A DNA stretch of 64,000 nt from an uncultured delta proteobacterium (GTDB lineage: Bacteria > Myxococcota_A > Polyangia > Polyangiales > Polyangiaceae). The translations under genes were made by a program, and so were the position numbers. Position 1 is the first letter of the stretch; every line of letters begins with the position of its first letter. The DNA lies in assembly GCA_963696385.1 (NCBI GenBank), contig CAVOKF010000006.1, positions 64,001 to 128,000 on the forward strand. The letters run 5' to 3'. Positions 21,513 to 32,748 of the stretch are shown one piece after another. The notes under the pieces were generated by a model. It worked only from the letters and a program-made list of their open reading frames with translations. It had not been told where the DNA came from and made no database searches.

Positions 21513-22655
21513 TCACGATTCTTCCGGGGGAGCCATGTGGGATAAGAAAAGGCGCACGCCCCGACCGCGGCCCCTCGCTTTGCGCGACACGACCGTGCCG
21601 GCATCGAGCAGGTCATGGATGGCCACTCGGACGACGGAAACGCGCCGGCCCATTTTGGCAGCGATGTTGTCGGCCCCCGGAGCGCCCGGGTGGGCCTCGA
21701 TGTGGCGGCGCACGTTTTCGGCCAGCTCCGCGAACTCGACCGAGGCTCGTGCGTCGGACTTCGCGCCCCACTCGGCCCGGTCCACGTGGACGACGCGCAG
21801 CCCCCAGCGTGGGTCGCGCTCGTCGGCCATGTCGTCGAACCGAAGGGCGAACGGAGCGACCGTGTGTCCGTGGACGCGTTCCTTCTTGTGTTCCACATGC
21901 GTCATCGACTTGCCTTCCTCGCCCGCGAAGACGAAGTGCGATTGCGCGGTCTCCGTTTTGGCCGTCGTGCCGTGCACGTCGTGCATCGACGAACGCATCG
22001 AGCTGCCGTCGCGCGGTGGCTTGACGTTGTGATCGATCGTCACGATGACGCATCCAGTCCGCGTACTGACCTGCTCGAGCCGGTCCGCGACGAGCTGCAC
22101 GGGCCCTCGCTTCCACTCGTCGGTGTTCGGGGTCGCCCCCCGCCATGAATCGATGACGCAAAGCGAGATCCCGTCGAGCAGCCGCAGCAAACGCTCGCAA
22201 GCGTCCGCATCATCCAAGTAGAAGCCTGGTCGGCGCAAATACCCGATGGACTTGTCGAGATCCCGGAGTTCCACGCCGCGCACGCGCGACAGCCGCTGCA
22301 ATCGCTCTTGACTGATGCGTTGCCCCTGGCCGTCGAAGTCCAGAGTCAGGACCCGCCCGCGCTTGCACTTGAATGTTGCCCAGGCGTCGCCCCCCGCGGC
22401 CACGGCAAGCGCCACGTCCGCCCAGGCGAGCGACTTGCCGGAATACGCATTGCCCGCGACCAGCGTACGGGCGCCGGCGGTGAGCAGCAGTCCCGGGCAA
22501 AGCCAGTCGACGGCCGGCAGCGGCTCGGCCAGCTCGGCACCCCAAAGCGGTTCGGACACCGGCGCGTCGCGAACGCCCTCGAGCTCGGGCCCGCTTCGCC
22601 CCTCGTCATTGCCGGGCGCCAGCAATTGCTCGAAGTCCCATCCCAGCTCGGTCAT
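21513..22655 (-). CDS. RepA-like (AAA_25) helicase
   Basis: Walker A GNAYSGKS, Walker B CVIDS, C-terminal HTH. Confidence 0.8.
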   Translation of the reverse strand: MTELGWDFEQLLAPGNDEGRSGPELEGVRDAPVSEPLWGAELAEPLPAVDWLCPGLLLTAGARTLVAGNAYSGKSLAWADVALAVAAGGDAWATFKCKRGRVLTLDFDGQGQRISQERLQRLSRVRGVELRDLDKSIGYLRRPGFYLDDADACERLLRLLDGISLCVIDSWRGATPNTDEWKRGPVQLVADRLEQVSTRTGCVIVTIDHNVKPPRDGSSMRSSMHDVHGTTAKTETAQSHFVFAGEEGKSMTHVEHKKERVHGHTVAPFALRFDDMADERDPRWGLRVVHVDRAEWGAKSDARASVEFAELAENVRRHIEAHPGAPGADNIAAKMGRRVSVVRVAIHDLLDAGTVVSRKARGRGRGVRLFLSHMAPPEES

Positions 22656-23590
22656 GCTCGCCCCCGTCGCGCGCTCAGAGCGCGGGTGATGGTCTTGCGC
22701 GCTTGCCGCTCCGGCAGTCCCGCGCGCACCGCCGCACGCAAGAGCGCTCCTGCAAGGTCGGCACTGCTGATCGGCAGTCTCGCAAGCGAGTCACAGGCTC
22801 GGTAGAGAGCGACATGCCGCGTCTCCTTGGACGCACAGGCGACGCGGTCGCAGTGGCGTTCGAGAGCCACGTTCATGTCCCGGTCGCCGGACGGTGGGGC
22901 CCCGCGGGGAGCCGGTGGGTTCATTCGTCTCGCACCGGCTATCGCCAGAATTCGATCGACATCGAGCGGCGAGCCCTCTCCAACCAGCACAACGTGCGTT
23001 GCGCCGGGCGGAAGGGTCGGCACCGACCAAAGGCGGCAGGGATCCTTGGTGGCGGCGTCGACCTTCGTGTCGTGTGCGACCACACGCGCGCACCGGTTCC
23101 AAACCAGTCCGTGCTCCTCGGGCGTCATCGCCCGCGAGACGACCAGGACCGCTCGCCAGCAAGGCGCGTCCGGGCGGCTCGACGCCGTCGAATAGACGAT
23201 GTGGCGATACCGTCGCAATCGCTCGTGCGCGCTCTCGGGGGTCATCGTGCCCGCGTCATGTTCCAGAGCGAGTGCCGAGACGCTCTCCACGTGATCGCTG
23301 GATCGAATCCCGTCTCGCAACGACGCCAAGACGAATGCGCCGGCGCTTGCCGGATCGGCGGTGACGATCGGATGCTCCACCCACCGCACGAGCTCGCGAA
23401 ACGTCACCTCGAGTCGGATGCCGCGCGGGGGACGGAGCGCGAGCCGTTCAGGGCCGAGCAACGTCATTGCGATCGCGGGCTCGCTCGCGCACGTGCACCC
23501 CTGCAGCGAGTGCTCGGGCAACGTCTCGCTGCCTTCGAGAGCCGCGCGCTCGGCGGCGTCGAACGCGCGGCAAGCCGGGCAGCGGCTCAT
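22652..23590 (-). CDS. Phage-type primase/polymerase-like protein
   Basis: LEHDAG, YSTASS, WRAVL, DAATKDPCRL; coupled to helicase. Confidence 0.6.
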   Translation of the reverse strand: MSRCPACRAFDAAERAALEGSETLPEHSLQGCTCASEPAIAMTLLGPERLALRPPRGIRLEVTFRELVRWVEHPIVTADPASAGAFVLASLRDGIRSSDHVESVSALALEHDAGTMTPESAHERLRRYRHIVYSTASSRPDAPCWRAVLVVSRAMTPEEHGLVWNRCARVVAHDTKVDAATKDPCRLWSVPTLPPGATHVVLVGEGSPLDVDRILAIAGARRMNPPAPRGAPPSGDRDMNVALERHCDRVACASKETRHVALYRACDSLARLPISSADLAGALLRAAVRAGLPERQARKTITRALSARRGRA

Positions 23591-24054
23591 CGACCCCCTC
23601 CCTTCGGTTGGTCCACGGCGCGCGACGTGCCCTCACCCGGCACGCGCAGCCCCAGGTCGCGCGCGACGTGGGCCGGAGACCACTCCGCCTCCTGGCGCGT
23701 CAGGCGCGCGCCGCTCGCGGGAGGTGCCTGCAAGTTCGAGCCTTGAGCGGCGAGCCACCTGTCGTAAGCCTCTCGCGGAACCGTCACCCAACGTCCGAGC
23801 CGCACCGCACCCGGAATCTGGGGCGCGAGCTGCCGCCACGCTCTCGGCCGCCGCGCATACTCGCGCGGCCGGGGACCGTCGCGGTGGGTCGAAAAGGCCG
23901 CCGGCTCGGCCGCCAATCCCGCCGAAAGGCGCGCGAGCACGATCTCCGCCGCGCGCTCGGCGACTTGCTCGAGATCGAGGGACGCCCGGCGCGACTCCGC
24001 GATCGCCGCCGAGTGAGCGCGCGCCGGCCGACGCCGCATCTGCTGCCGCGTCAT
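23587..24054 (-). CDS. Hypothetical protein, possible DNA-binding
   Basis: Translationally coupled to primase; IPGAVRLGRW resembles the xis wing. Confidence 0.45.
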   Translation of the reverse strand: MTRQQMRRRPARAHSAAIAESRRASLDLEQVAERAAEIVLARLSAGLAAEPAAFSTHRDGPRPREYARRPRAWRQLAPQIPGAVRLGRWVTVPREAYDRWLAAQGSNLQAPPASGARLTRQEAEWSPAHVARDLGLRVPGEGTSRAVDQPKGGGR

Positions 24055-25358
24055 GGCCCGCGCCCCGTGGACGGTACCTGGGGAGCGTCGGCTTCATCGG
24101 AGATCCGTCGACGGTTTGGACGCCCAGTTCCCCTTGTACCCGCCATCGGAAAGTCTCCAACTCCGAGCGGCCGTCGCACCCGCAACAGGGCTGGCGCAGA
24201 CGTCCGCTTCGCGATCGCGTGGGCGCCGCAGCTCAAAGGCCTCGCGCTGCGTGTCGCGGGCGTCTCCTCCAATGTCGCGAGGACTCGCGACTCGAAGGCA
24301 GGACCTGCGGAGGGACCAGTGCAATGATTCCGAGCGCTTTTCACGGGTGGACTCCGAATACTGAGATGGCGCGGTCGCACGCGGATGCTTGGCGGTAACA
24401 GCGGAATGCCCAACGGCGCTGGGCGCCGATGCGGGGCTGCGAACAAGGCGTTTCGTGCTACGGTCTAGGCAACCGGCGGGCCAGACCCTCAACCGCGGCT
24501 AAGTATTTGAAATGTGGCCTTTCGGAATCGAGTTTCGGCCCCAAATTCGGTCAATGATTGACCACTACCGGGAAGCCATTGACCAGTTTTCTTCGGCGCG
24601 TTGCTCGCATTCTCTGCCGGAGGCTGGAAGAAACGGTGTCTATCCAAGCGGACCCCCGACAAGGGCGCTGCGACGTCTTATCGCGCTAGCGATTCGAATT
24701 TTTGCAGCCGGTCTGTTCAGACCGTCGGTGAAGAGCCCGACGCGTGTGCGCTCGGCAATGCCCCAATCCGATTGGTTCACGCGAATGGGTACGTGGGTCA
24801 TGCGCCCCCTAACGCAACTCGCAGACCTGACGAGTCCGGAGGCCGTCATAGGTGTAAGTGCTGGGAATGACGGGCACTGTGGAATCGTTCAACGTGGGGG
24901 TGGTCAATCATGATTGACCCCGGGGGGTCGATATCCATTGACCCCCCAAAGGCGTTGAGGGGCACGGCTGGATTGGGGGTCAAGGGTCGGCAGCGTTGGG
25001 TCATGGACCCCGCTATCGCAACGGGCGCGCCAGCCTCCGATGGGAGGCGCGCGCTTGCGAACCGCTTGAAATGATGATGTTTTTAGCTCGTGTCTTCCGA
25101 GTGAACCCTGGGGAATGATTCACCAGGTGGTCAGCAATTCCTCACCACCCCCACTCACGACGCGTCCCTCCCGGATGGCCCGGACACCGGCGTCGCAATT
25201 GGTAGGTCGTGGCATCACCGGCACTGTCGAAAACGAGTCAAGCCAGGTACACGAGAGAACGCACGATGACCGCGAGCACGGAACGGGAACCCATGCATCC
25301 GCCGGGCGAGGGCCTCGACGTCGGCTTGTGGATCGCCCCGGGCCTCCTGGCGTTAACG

Positions 25359-26971
25359 GGGTGTGGACGCCATCCTGAGCGCGGAGAACGTCATGCCGCG
25401 ACGCGAATGACGACGCGGGGAGACTTGAGCGCGCGATCCATGGCAGCGTCCCAGCGATCACTGAGGGCCAGTGCTCGCAGATGGACGATGTGTTCTCCGG
25501 TTCGGCTTTTCCAGCGCGACCCCGACCGCTTCATACGGACGTTGAACAAGGTCTTGCCTGTCGCCTCGACGTTGCCACTGCCAATGGGCAGCTTCTGTCG
25601 GCGCGCGTCCGCATAGTCCATTCGCTCGGCGTTGTTCGTGAAGTAGGTGATGGCTTCGTGGACCGGCTTGTCGTGGCCGACAAGCACGTCTTCTTTCCCG
25701 GATTCGTGGAGCTGTTCGAGGATGGCCAGGCGCGCGCTACTGGTGTTGCAAAGCCGCATCTTCCAGCTGGCGAGCAGCGGCTTCACTTCCGTTTCTGCAG
25801 CGATGACTCTCGCTGCCGCTCCGAGCTTTTCGATGACGTGCCAAAAGTCGATGAGCAGCGCCACGACCTTGCCCGCGGCGCCAAACGGCTCCTTGGTAAA
25901 TTCCGCATCGAGCAGGTTCCACATTTCAGGGGCGCCGTCGCACAGAAGCATCACCTTGAGATCGGGGCGCTTGGCCAAGAGTTCCACCACGTCACCGGCC
26001 ATGCCCTCGCACAATCCCGCGGGGTCACCGGCCGCCATCGTCCCGTAGCGGATCGTGTAGAGGGACTCCCCATGCTCGTCGTGGAGCGTGACCGTCCCGC
26101 AATACGCCATCCGGTAGACCCGCTCAATCGGGCGTTTGGGGGCCCCTTGGGCAGGTCGGCCAGGCGGACGACTCCGTGGCTCCTCCATGGGTACCGAGAC
26201 ACGGTCAAGCGACACGCTCACACTTTTGGCTCCCTCCGGAACTTCGAAAACCTCGATCAACGCCTGCTCGATCTGTCGGTGCTGACCGACGTATCTCTCC
26301 CCAACGCTGTGAGCGACGTGCTCAAAGCTCGCGTGGCTGTACGGCAGGCGGCCGAGGCGCTTGCCGCTCGCTTCCGCCTCCCGCGAGGTTCGCTGCTGCA
26401 CTTCAAACGCCATTTCCCGCGCCGTGGCAGGCAGCCAGACGCCATCGACCGCACCCGCCCGCAGCGCCACCGGGTCGACGACTGGGCCATTGCGTTGCCC
26501 CGAAGGCCGATACAGCGACCGCTTCACGGCCACCGCGCCCGCCAGCGACATAAAACGGGTCTCCGTCTCGGCGAGAACGCGGTGGTGCAGCACCTTGTTG
26601 ATCATCACCCGGGGGGCGCTCACCGCCAAAGCCGACAAGGCGATCTGGTGCCCCACCTTCTCCACCTCGCCGCTCTTCTCCGCTATCCGACGTTCAAACG
26701 CGGCATAGTCCACCGCTCCACCGGTCCGAGCACGGTCGACCTCTGTTTTGACCACGTCAACCAACGCCTGCACTGCAGAAACCAGCCCGCTCAACTCTTC
26801 GGGAATCTCCAACACGATGTTCGCCATGGGTCGCCCACCTGAATCGGGCCGCGAAAGCGCGACCGGATGATCAGTAGATCCATCGGCTCGGCACATGCAC
26901 CCGTGTTCAGACATGCTCCGTGTCGATTGCCGTAAGGAAATACGATTCCGCTCAGGATCAAATCCACACCC
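25359..26971 (-). mobile_element. ISKra4-like insertion sequence
   Basis: IRs GGGTGTGGA....ATCCTGAGC at both ends; 8-bp duplication CGTTAACG (25351-25358, 26972-26979). Confidence 0.88.
25391..26827 (-). CDS. ISKra4/ISLre2-type DDE transposase
   Basis: SLDRV, CDGA, DFWH, PIGSGNVE, RMKRSG.RW. Confidence 0.88.
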   Translation of the reverse strand: MANIVLEIPEELSGLVSAVQALVDVVKTEVDRARTGGAVDYAAFERRIAEKSGEVEKVGHQIALSALAVSAPRVMINKVLHHRVLAETETRFMSLAGAVAVKRSLYRPSGQRNGPVVDPVALRAGAVDGVWLPATAREMAFEVQQRTSREAEASGKRLGRLPYSHASFEHVAHSVGERYVGQHRQIEQALIEVFEVPEGAKSVSVSLDRVSVPMEEPRSRPPGRPAQGAPKRPIERVYRMAYCGTVTLHDEHGESLYTIRYGTMAAGDPAGLCEGMAGDVVELLAKRPDLKVMLLCDGAPEMWNLLDAEFTKEPFGAAGKVVALLIDFWHVIEKLGAAARVIAAETEVKPLLASWKMRLCNTSSARLAILEQLHESGKEDVLVGHDKPVHEAITYFTNNAERMDYADARRQKLPIGSGNVEATGKTLFNVRMKRSGSRWKSRTGEHIVHLRALALSDRWDAAMDRALKSPRVVIRVAA

Positions 26972-27299
26972 CGTTAACGTTCGTCAGCGGCGGGCTCCGG
27001 AAGGTGGCCACGCCGGTCCCCGAGCTCGCCTCGAAGATGCCGGGCCCGTCGAGCAACAAGGACTGGCCGATCGGCGCTATCCGCAGATTTCTCTCGGTGC
27101 CCCTCCGTGTTCACAAGTTGGGTGCCACCGTCGGGAGCCAGCCCGGGCAGCCCGTTTTCACGGTTCGTGTACGCGCCTCAGCAAAGGCCTCGATCCGTAA
27201 GCGCTTGAGCGAGCTATTCGGCTACTCGCATTCGGTCCTGTTTCCAGACTACCCTGGATTCGCCACGTTCGGCGCGGGCCACGCACTGAGGAGCGTCAA

Positions 27300-28016
27300 G
27301 TGACAGAGCGTGGCGCAACGGGCGTGCCCGTCTACCAGGAGTACATGAACCCGATTCTGGACGTGCTGCGTCGAGAGGGACGACCTCTCACGATCGAGCA
27401 GCTCGATAGCCACGTCATTGCGGAAATGAAGTTGGCTCCCGACGTCGCGGCAATTCCTCATGACGCCGAGAAGCCCGATCGAAGCGAAGTAAGTTATCGA
27501 ATCGCGTGGTCCCGGACGTACCTGAAGAAGGCCGGTCTCCTCGACAATCCGACGCGCGGCCAATGGGGCGCTTCGGAGAAGGGCCGTAGCGCCGGAGCGA
27601 TCGACGCGTACGAGTTGGCCTCGGAGATCGCGCAGGCGTCGAAGGCGGCATCTGTCGCAAGGGCAGCCGCCGGTGAGTCGTCGGAGAGCGACGGCGAAGG
27701 GGAAGAGGACGAGGAGCTCCTCGCGGCGCGGGTAGGCGACGAGCTCGCGCGCCAGATCCGGTCCGCCCACGAGCAGCTCGCCGCGGACGGTCAGCTCCTC
27801 TCGGCCGACCAGGCGACACGCTGTTACGGACGCTTCCGCGATCTCTTTGGCCCCGACGTGCTCGGCGGCCTCGACGGCGAGGCGCTGCTCACGAAGATGC
27901 ATGGGCGCGGCACAAAGGACAGCCTGGTCTATTGGTTAGAGTTCAAAGACGACGACGAGTTCCCTGCACGTTTCGGGAGCATCGGCGGCGGCAGCGCGCT
28001 CAAGTTCGGGATCTAT
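27300..28016 (+). pseudogene. Mrr_N winged helix fused to McrB-like N-terminus, truncated by IS
   Basis: YMNPILDVL...YRIAWSRTYLKKAGLLDNPTRGQW; DSLVYWLEFKDDDEF..FGSIGGGSALKFGIY. Confidence 0.75.
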
Positions 28017-29158
28017 CACGCGTGGCTACTTCGGCGATCGGCTGGGATTCCCAGGGCTCGGCTATCTCTAGCGGAGCATGTTTGCCGTCATGACCATGCT
28101 CGCCGCCGCCGTCGTCGACTTGCTTCGGTCGCGACGGTCTTTGCTCGCTGAGGTCGCCTTGCTGCGCCACCAAGTCGCCATTCTGCAGCGGTCGGTCGCC
28201 AGGCCGAGGGTGACCCGACTCGACCGGATCGTGTTGGTCGCGCTCGCGGCCTTGACGCCGACGTGGAGGAATGCGCTGCGCATCGTCCAGCCCGAGACGC
28301 TTCTTCGCTGGCATCGCGCCGGCTTCAGGGCCCTGTGGCGCTGGCGGAGCCGACCGCGCTCCGCAAAGCGCCTCCCCGCCGAGACCGGCGCGTTGATTCG
28401 CTCGATGGCGTCCAACAACTCGACGTGGGGGGCGGAAAGAATTTGCGGAGAATTGCTCAAGCTCGGGATCAAAGTCAGCAAACGCACGATCCAGAGGTAC
28501 ATACGCGCAGCCCGGCCGGGCAGACCGCATGGGCAGCGCTGGTCCACGTTCTTGCGAAACCATGCCCGCGAAGTCTGGGCGTGCGACTTTCCGCAAGCCT
28601 ACGACGTGTTCTTCCGCGCGATCTTTGTGTTCGTGTTCATCGAACTGGCCTCGCGCAGAATCGTGTTCGCGGCGACGACCCGTGCGCCGTCCCAGGCGTG
28701 GGTCACGCAGCAGCTCCGCAATGCAACGCCGTTTGGCGAGGCCCCGAAGTTTTTGATTCGCGATCGAGACGACAAGTTCGGGCCCAACTTCGACGCCGTC
28801 GCTCGCGCGAGCGGCATCCGCGTCCTGCGCACGGCCATGCGCGCGCCGAACATGAACGCCATCTGCGAGCGTTTTCTCGGGTCGCTGCGTCGCGAGTGTC
28901 TCGACCACGTTATTGTGCTGGACGACGTCCACCTGCACGCGTCGTCACGGAGTACGTCCGCTACTACAACGCCGCTCGGCCGCACCAAGGGCTCCGCCAG
29001 CGGATCCCGGTGCCCCCGAACGGCTCCGCGGCCGCCGCTCGCACTACAGTGGAAGGAAAAGTCGTCGAACTCCCGGTGCTCGACGGCCTGCACCACGACT
29101 ATCGCCGGGCCGCCTGATCTCCGCGATCGTCCGTTGGATCCGTCAAGTAGCCAGCACG
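28017..29158 (+). mobile_element. Integrase-core (rve) transposase element, frameshifted
   Basis: WACDF, LIRDRD, NAICERF, then YYNAARPHQGL in another frame; TGGCTACTT inverted at ends. Confidence 0.8.
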
Positions 29159-29736
29159 ACCGCTTACGATCCGGTGGGACAGGCCAAGGCGAGCGCAAAG
29201 GGCACTCGCAGAGAGGCTCGTTCGAAAAACGCGAATGCGGAGGCGCTCGAACGCTCCGCCAAGAAACTCCAACGGCGGGCTCCTCGCCGCAACAAGATTT
29301 CGGAGGACGTCGCCGTGACATCAATCGTCACGGCCGTCTCCGATGCGCCTTGAGCGCGTAGCCTAAGAGCACCCCATCTGGAGGAACGTTGAACGCGACA
29401 AATTGGTAGAAGCTCTTGCGATCTCCGCTCCGGTGGAGACGTGACTGTACTTCGTGCGAAGAATTGCGTCTCGTTCCACCGCTTCGAATCCAAATCTACG
29501 TCTCGGGCCTTGGACGCGAACTTCGCTGCCCGATGAACGTGAAGAGTCAATCGAGAGGTAGCTCGCCAAGCCGCGCGTTCGGAGCGCTCCCCTTACTGTC
29601 ACCGTGCTCCGGCGCCCTCAAGCGCCGAGAAGGGAAACGTCCATTGCATTCTAAGAACCCAGCTCACTCCGAAACGAAAAATAGAAAACTCTCTGCGCGA
29701 AAACCCTTGCCCACGCCACCGGTTCAGAGTCCGATT
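29159..29736 (+). mobile_element. IS1111 3' fragment
   Basis: Near-identical to 42969-43546. Confidence 0.95.
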
Positions 29737-30137
29737 TGGACTGCATCGGAGCTCGGTCGCGCGGGTGTCTCGCTCGCCGATCTGGTCGTGACCCTGAAGG
29801 AGCTCGACGAGCTCGGCGTCGCTGCCGCGCATTCGTGACCATGCGCCGATTACGGTACTGCCGAACGAAGCGAAGACGAATCACGGCCTGACTGTGACGC
29901 CCGGACGCCCGGGGGGCGCCATCCTGCATTGAGCACGTGACGACTGTGGCGGAATTGCCAGAAGGACGCCCTTTTGATTCCGCGGAATCGAGGTACTACG
30001 CTTCGTTCGGCGCTTTTGCCGCGGCGGCGACACGGAGACGACCGAATGGACTCGCTTTCCACGGATGATGGGGCATCGACGCAGCGCGCCCACGAGGAGG
30101 CGCTTATTTCCGCTCATGGCTGCTCGGGTCCGACCCC

Positions 30138-31079
30138 GTGTTGATCGCGTCTCTCACCGCGGCTCAACCGGCTGCTCGACCGCTCGACGTCGGGTGGATC
30201 GGGCCCGAAGATTGCGAACGACGGGATGCCTTTGTGAGCGAGATCGGTCAAGTCCTGGGCGGCTCCCAGCCGCACGAGCCCTTGACCGCTCGCGTCGAAG
30301 TCACTCGTGAAGCGACGGGACGATGGCACGTCGTCTTGGTGGTCGACCGAGACAACATCCAGAGCCAGCGCGCATTCGAGACCGCCAGTTGCGACGCCGC
30401 CGTGTCGGCCGCTGCGCTCATCACGGCGATTGCATCCGACGAAGGCGTGCTGCCGCAGTCGCCCCCTGTTCTCGTCATTCCCCGACGGCTTGCGAACGAA
30501 GCACCGTCGCCGGCTTGGCCGCGCGTCTTGAACGGGCTCCAGGTCGACATCGCCGTGGCGGGCGCCGGCGAGTACGGATTGTCGCCCGCCTTTGCACCCG
30601 GCGCGGAAGTCTCGATAGGAGGATCGCTGCCGCGGTTGGGCGGTGTTGTCCACTTGCGCGCGCTGGTGACGGGCGCTTACTTCGCCCCGCAGACCGACGC
30701 TTTGCCCGGGCACGTCGAAAGCGCCGAGTTCCAGCTCGTCGCCATCTCCGGACGGGCGTGCACCTCTTTCGGGACCGGGCGGTTCGACGTCGGGCCATGC
30801 GTCGGCGGTGAACTCGACCGAATGTCGGGAACGGGAGTAGGAAGCCCGACCGTCTTTACGCCCGGTAAGGGCGGCGCGACCTGGGGCACCCTCGTGGGCT
30901 CCCTGCTCGCGTCCGTGCGCCTGACGGGGGATGTCGGCCTCTTCGCTCGTTTCGACGCAAACGTCTCGACGGCGCCTCCCCGCTTTGATGTACAGACCCC
31001 GAGCGGGCGACAACTCGCGGAGCGGCCCTCGCCGGTTGCGGCCCGTGCTGCTGCCGGTGTCGAGTTGCTTTTTTTTTGA
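30138..31079 (+). CDS. Hypothetical exported/outer-membrane protein
   Basis: Beta-strand-rich, terminal Phe, first gene of ECF operon; start uncertain. Confidence 0.6.
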   Translation: MLIASLTAAQPAARPLDVGWIGPEDCERRDAFVSEIGQVLGGSQPHEPLTARVEVTREATGRWHVVLVVDRDNIQSQRAFETASCDAAVSAAALITAIASDEGVLPQSPPVLVIPRRLANEAPSPAWPRVLNGLQVDIAVAGAGEYGLSPAFAPGAEVSIGGSLPRLGGVVHLRALVTGAYFAPQTDALPGHVESAEFQLVAISGRACTSFGTGRFDVGPCVGGELDRMSGTGVGSPTVFTPGKGGATWGTLVGSLLASVRLTGDVGLFARFDANVSTAPPRFDVQTPSGRQLAERPSPVAARAAAGVELLFF

Positions 31080-31116
31080 CGGAAGCGCCACCCAACGCGC
31101 ACCAGCATGACCGAGG

Positions 31117-31719
31117 ATGACCGCACTCCGTCCAGCGCTCGATGCCGCAGCCGCTTCGCTCGGAGCGCGCCAAGATGTCGCCGACCCTCTCGCGTTCGCA
31201 AACGTCTACGAGGAGCAGTTCGCGTTCGTATGGCGAAGCGCCTGCCGGCTCGGCGTCGACCCATCTCATCGGGATGACGTCGTTCAGGAGACGTTCGTCG
31301 TCTTTCACCGCCGCCTGTCGGAGTTCGAGGGCCGGTCGTCCGTCAAGACGTGGCTTTTCGGGATTCTCGTCAACGTCGTTCGAGCCCACCGGCGAACCTT
31401 CCGCAAGGGACACGAACGTCGGCCCCCGGCTGCAGCCGGTCCCGATCTCGAGACTGTCGTGGACACGTCCGCCAGCCCGCATGAATGCGCCGCTCGTGCC
31501 GAAGCTGCGCGTCTGGTCATGCAGCTTCTCGCCGCTCTCGACGACGACAAGCGAGCGGTGTTCGTGCTCGCCGAGCTCGAGCAGATGAGTGCGCCCGACA
31601 TCGCGCTCGCCCTCGGAGTGCCATTCAATACGGTGTATTCGCGCCTGCGTTTGGCCCGACGGGAATTTGCCGCGGCCGCTGCGCGCCACCGTGCGCGCGA
31701 CGAATGGAGAACCGGATGA
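31117..31719 (+). CDS. ECF sigma factor
   Basis: DDVVQETF, KTWLFGI, NTVYSRLRLAR. Confidence 0.93.
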   Translation: MTALRPALDAAAASLGARQDVADPLAFANVYEEQFAFVWRSACRLGVDPSHRDDVVQETFVVFHRRLSEFEGRSSVKTWLFGILVNVVRAHRRTFRKGHERRPPAAAGPDLETVVDTSASPHECAARAEAARLVMQLLAALDDDKRAVFVLAELEQMSAPDIALALGVPFNTVYSRLRLARREFAAAAARHRARDEWRTG

Positions 31720-32696
31720 CCGATCTGCATCCCGAGGACATCGCACTGTTGGACCTGGCGCGCGCCGGGCATGAGCCCAGCGAAGCCGATCGGGCACGGG
31801 TGCGCAAGGCGCTCGCCGCCAGCCTCGGCGCGGGCGCGGGATTGAGCGTTATGGCCGCGGCCGGCGCCGCGGGCGGGGGCGCTCCCGCGACGGCGGCATC
31901 GAGCCTTCTCGGTATGGGGAAGGTCTTGGCCGCCGCGGCGATCCTCGTGGGCACCTTGGGCGGGGGAGTCTTGATATACCACGAGGTGCGCAGGCCTCAG
32001 CCGCTAGCGCACCGTGCAAAAACGGGATCGCCGCGCGATCCCCTTGCCGAGGCTTCGAGCGAAGGTTCGAAGGCGTCGCCGCCTGACCGGGGTGCGCGCG
32101 CGAGCTCGGTCGGGGCGCTCGCGCCATCCGGCCGCGTCGGCGCTGCCGATGACCTGCTTCGCGACGTGCGGCCCAAGGCATCGACCGACTTGGCGCCGAC
32201 GGCAGCGCCGGTCGCGGGCTCCGCACAGTCTCGGAGCGCCGCTCCCGGGGGACTGCTCGCGGCGTCTTCGGCGGCAGCGAGCCCCTCGCCCCCGGCTCGG
32301 ATAGCCAACGTGCCGGGCGGCGAGAGCCCTCCGGCTGCTCGCGACGCCCTAGCGACACTCGAGGCCGCACCGGTTGCGGCCCGCTTGGTCGAAACACCCC
32401 TCGCGCCGGCCGAACCGACGACAATCGAAGCCGAAACGCGACTCGTTCGCAGTGCATTGCAGGCCCGCCGTGCCGGCGATGGCGCCCGAGCGCTTCGGCT
32501 GCTTGACGAATATGCACACGCGTATCCGAACGGTGTGCTCGCCGAGGAGGGCGCGGCCGAGCGCGTCTTCGCATTGTGTGATCTCGGCCGGATCCAAGAA
32601 GCCCGAGCGGCATCCGCCGAATTCACGCGCACTCGGCCCCGCTCGATGCTGAGCGAGCGTGTGCGCGCTTCGTGCTCGGCCCGTGCGAACCCTTAA
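31716..32696 (+). CDS. Membrane-anchored anti-sigma-like protein with TPR-like C-terminus
   Basis: ATGA overlap with sigma; one TM, Ala/Pro linker, YPNGVLAEE. Confidence 0.7.
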   Translation: MTDLHPEDIALLDLARAGHEPSEADRARVRKALAASLGAGAGLSVMAAAGAAGGGAPATAASSLLGMGKVLAAAAILVGTLGGGVLIYHEVRRPQPLAHRAKTGSPRDPLAEASSEGSKASPPDRGARASSVGALAPSGRVGAADDLLRDVRPKASTDLAPTAAPVAGSAQSRSAAPGGLLAASSAAASPSPPARIANVPGGESPPAARDALATLEAAPVAARLVETPLAPAEPTTIEAETRLVRSALQARRAGDGARALRLLDEYAHAYPNGVLAEEGAAERVFALCDLGRIQEARAASAEFTRTRPRSMLSERVRASCSARANP

Positions 32697-32748
32697 CGGA
32701 TCGCGGAGGAGGGCGACACTCACGAGGCAACGCGAAGGAGGCCCACCG

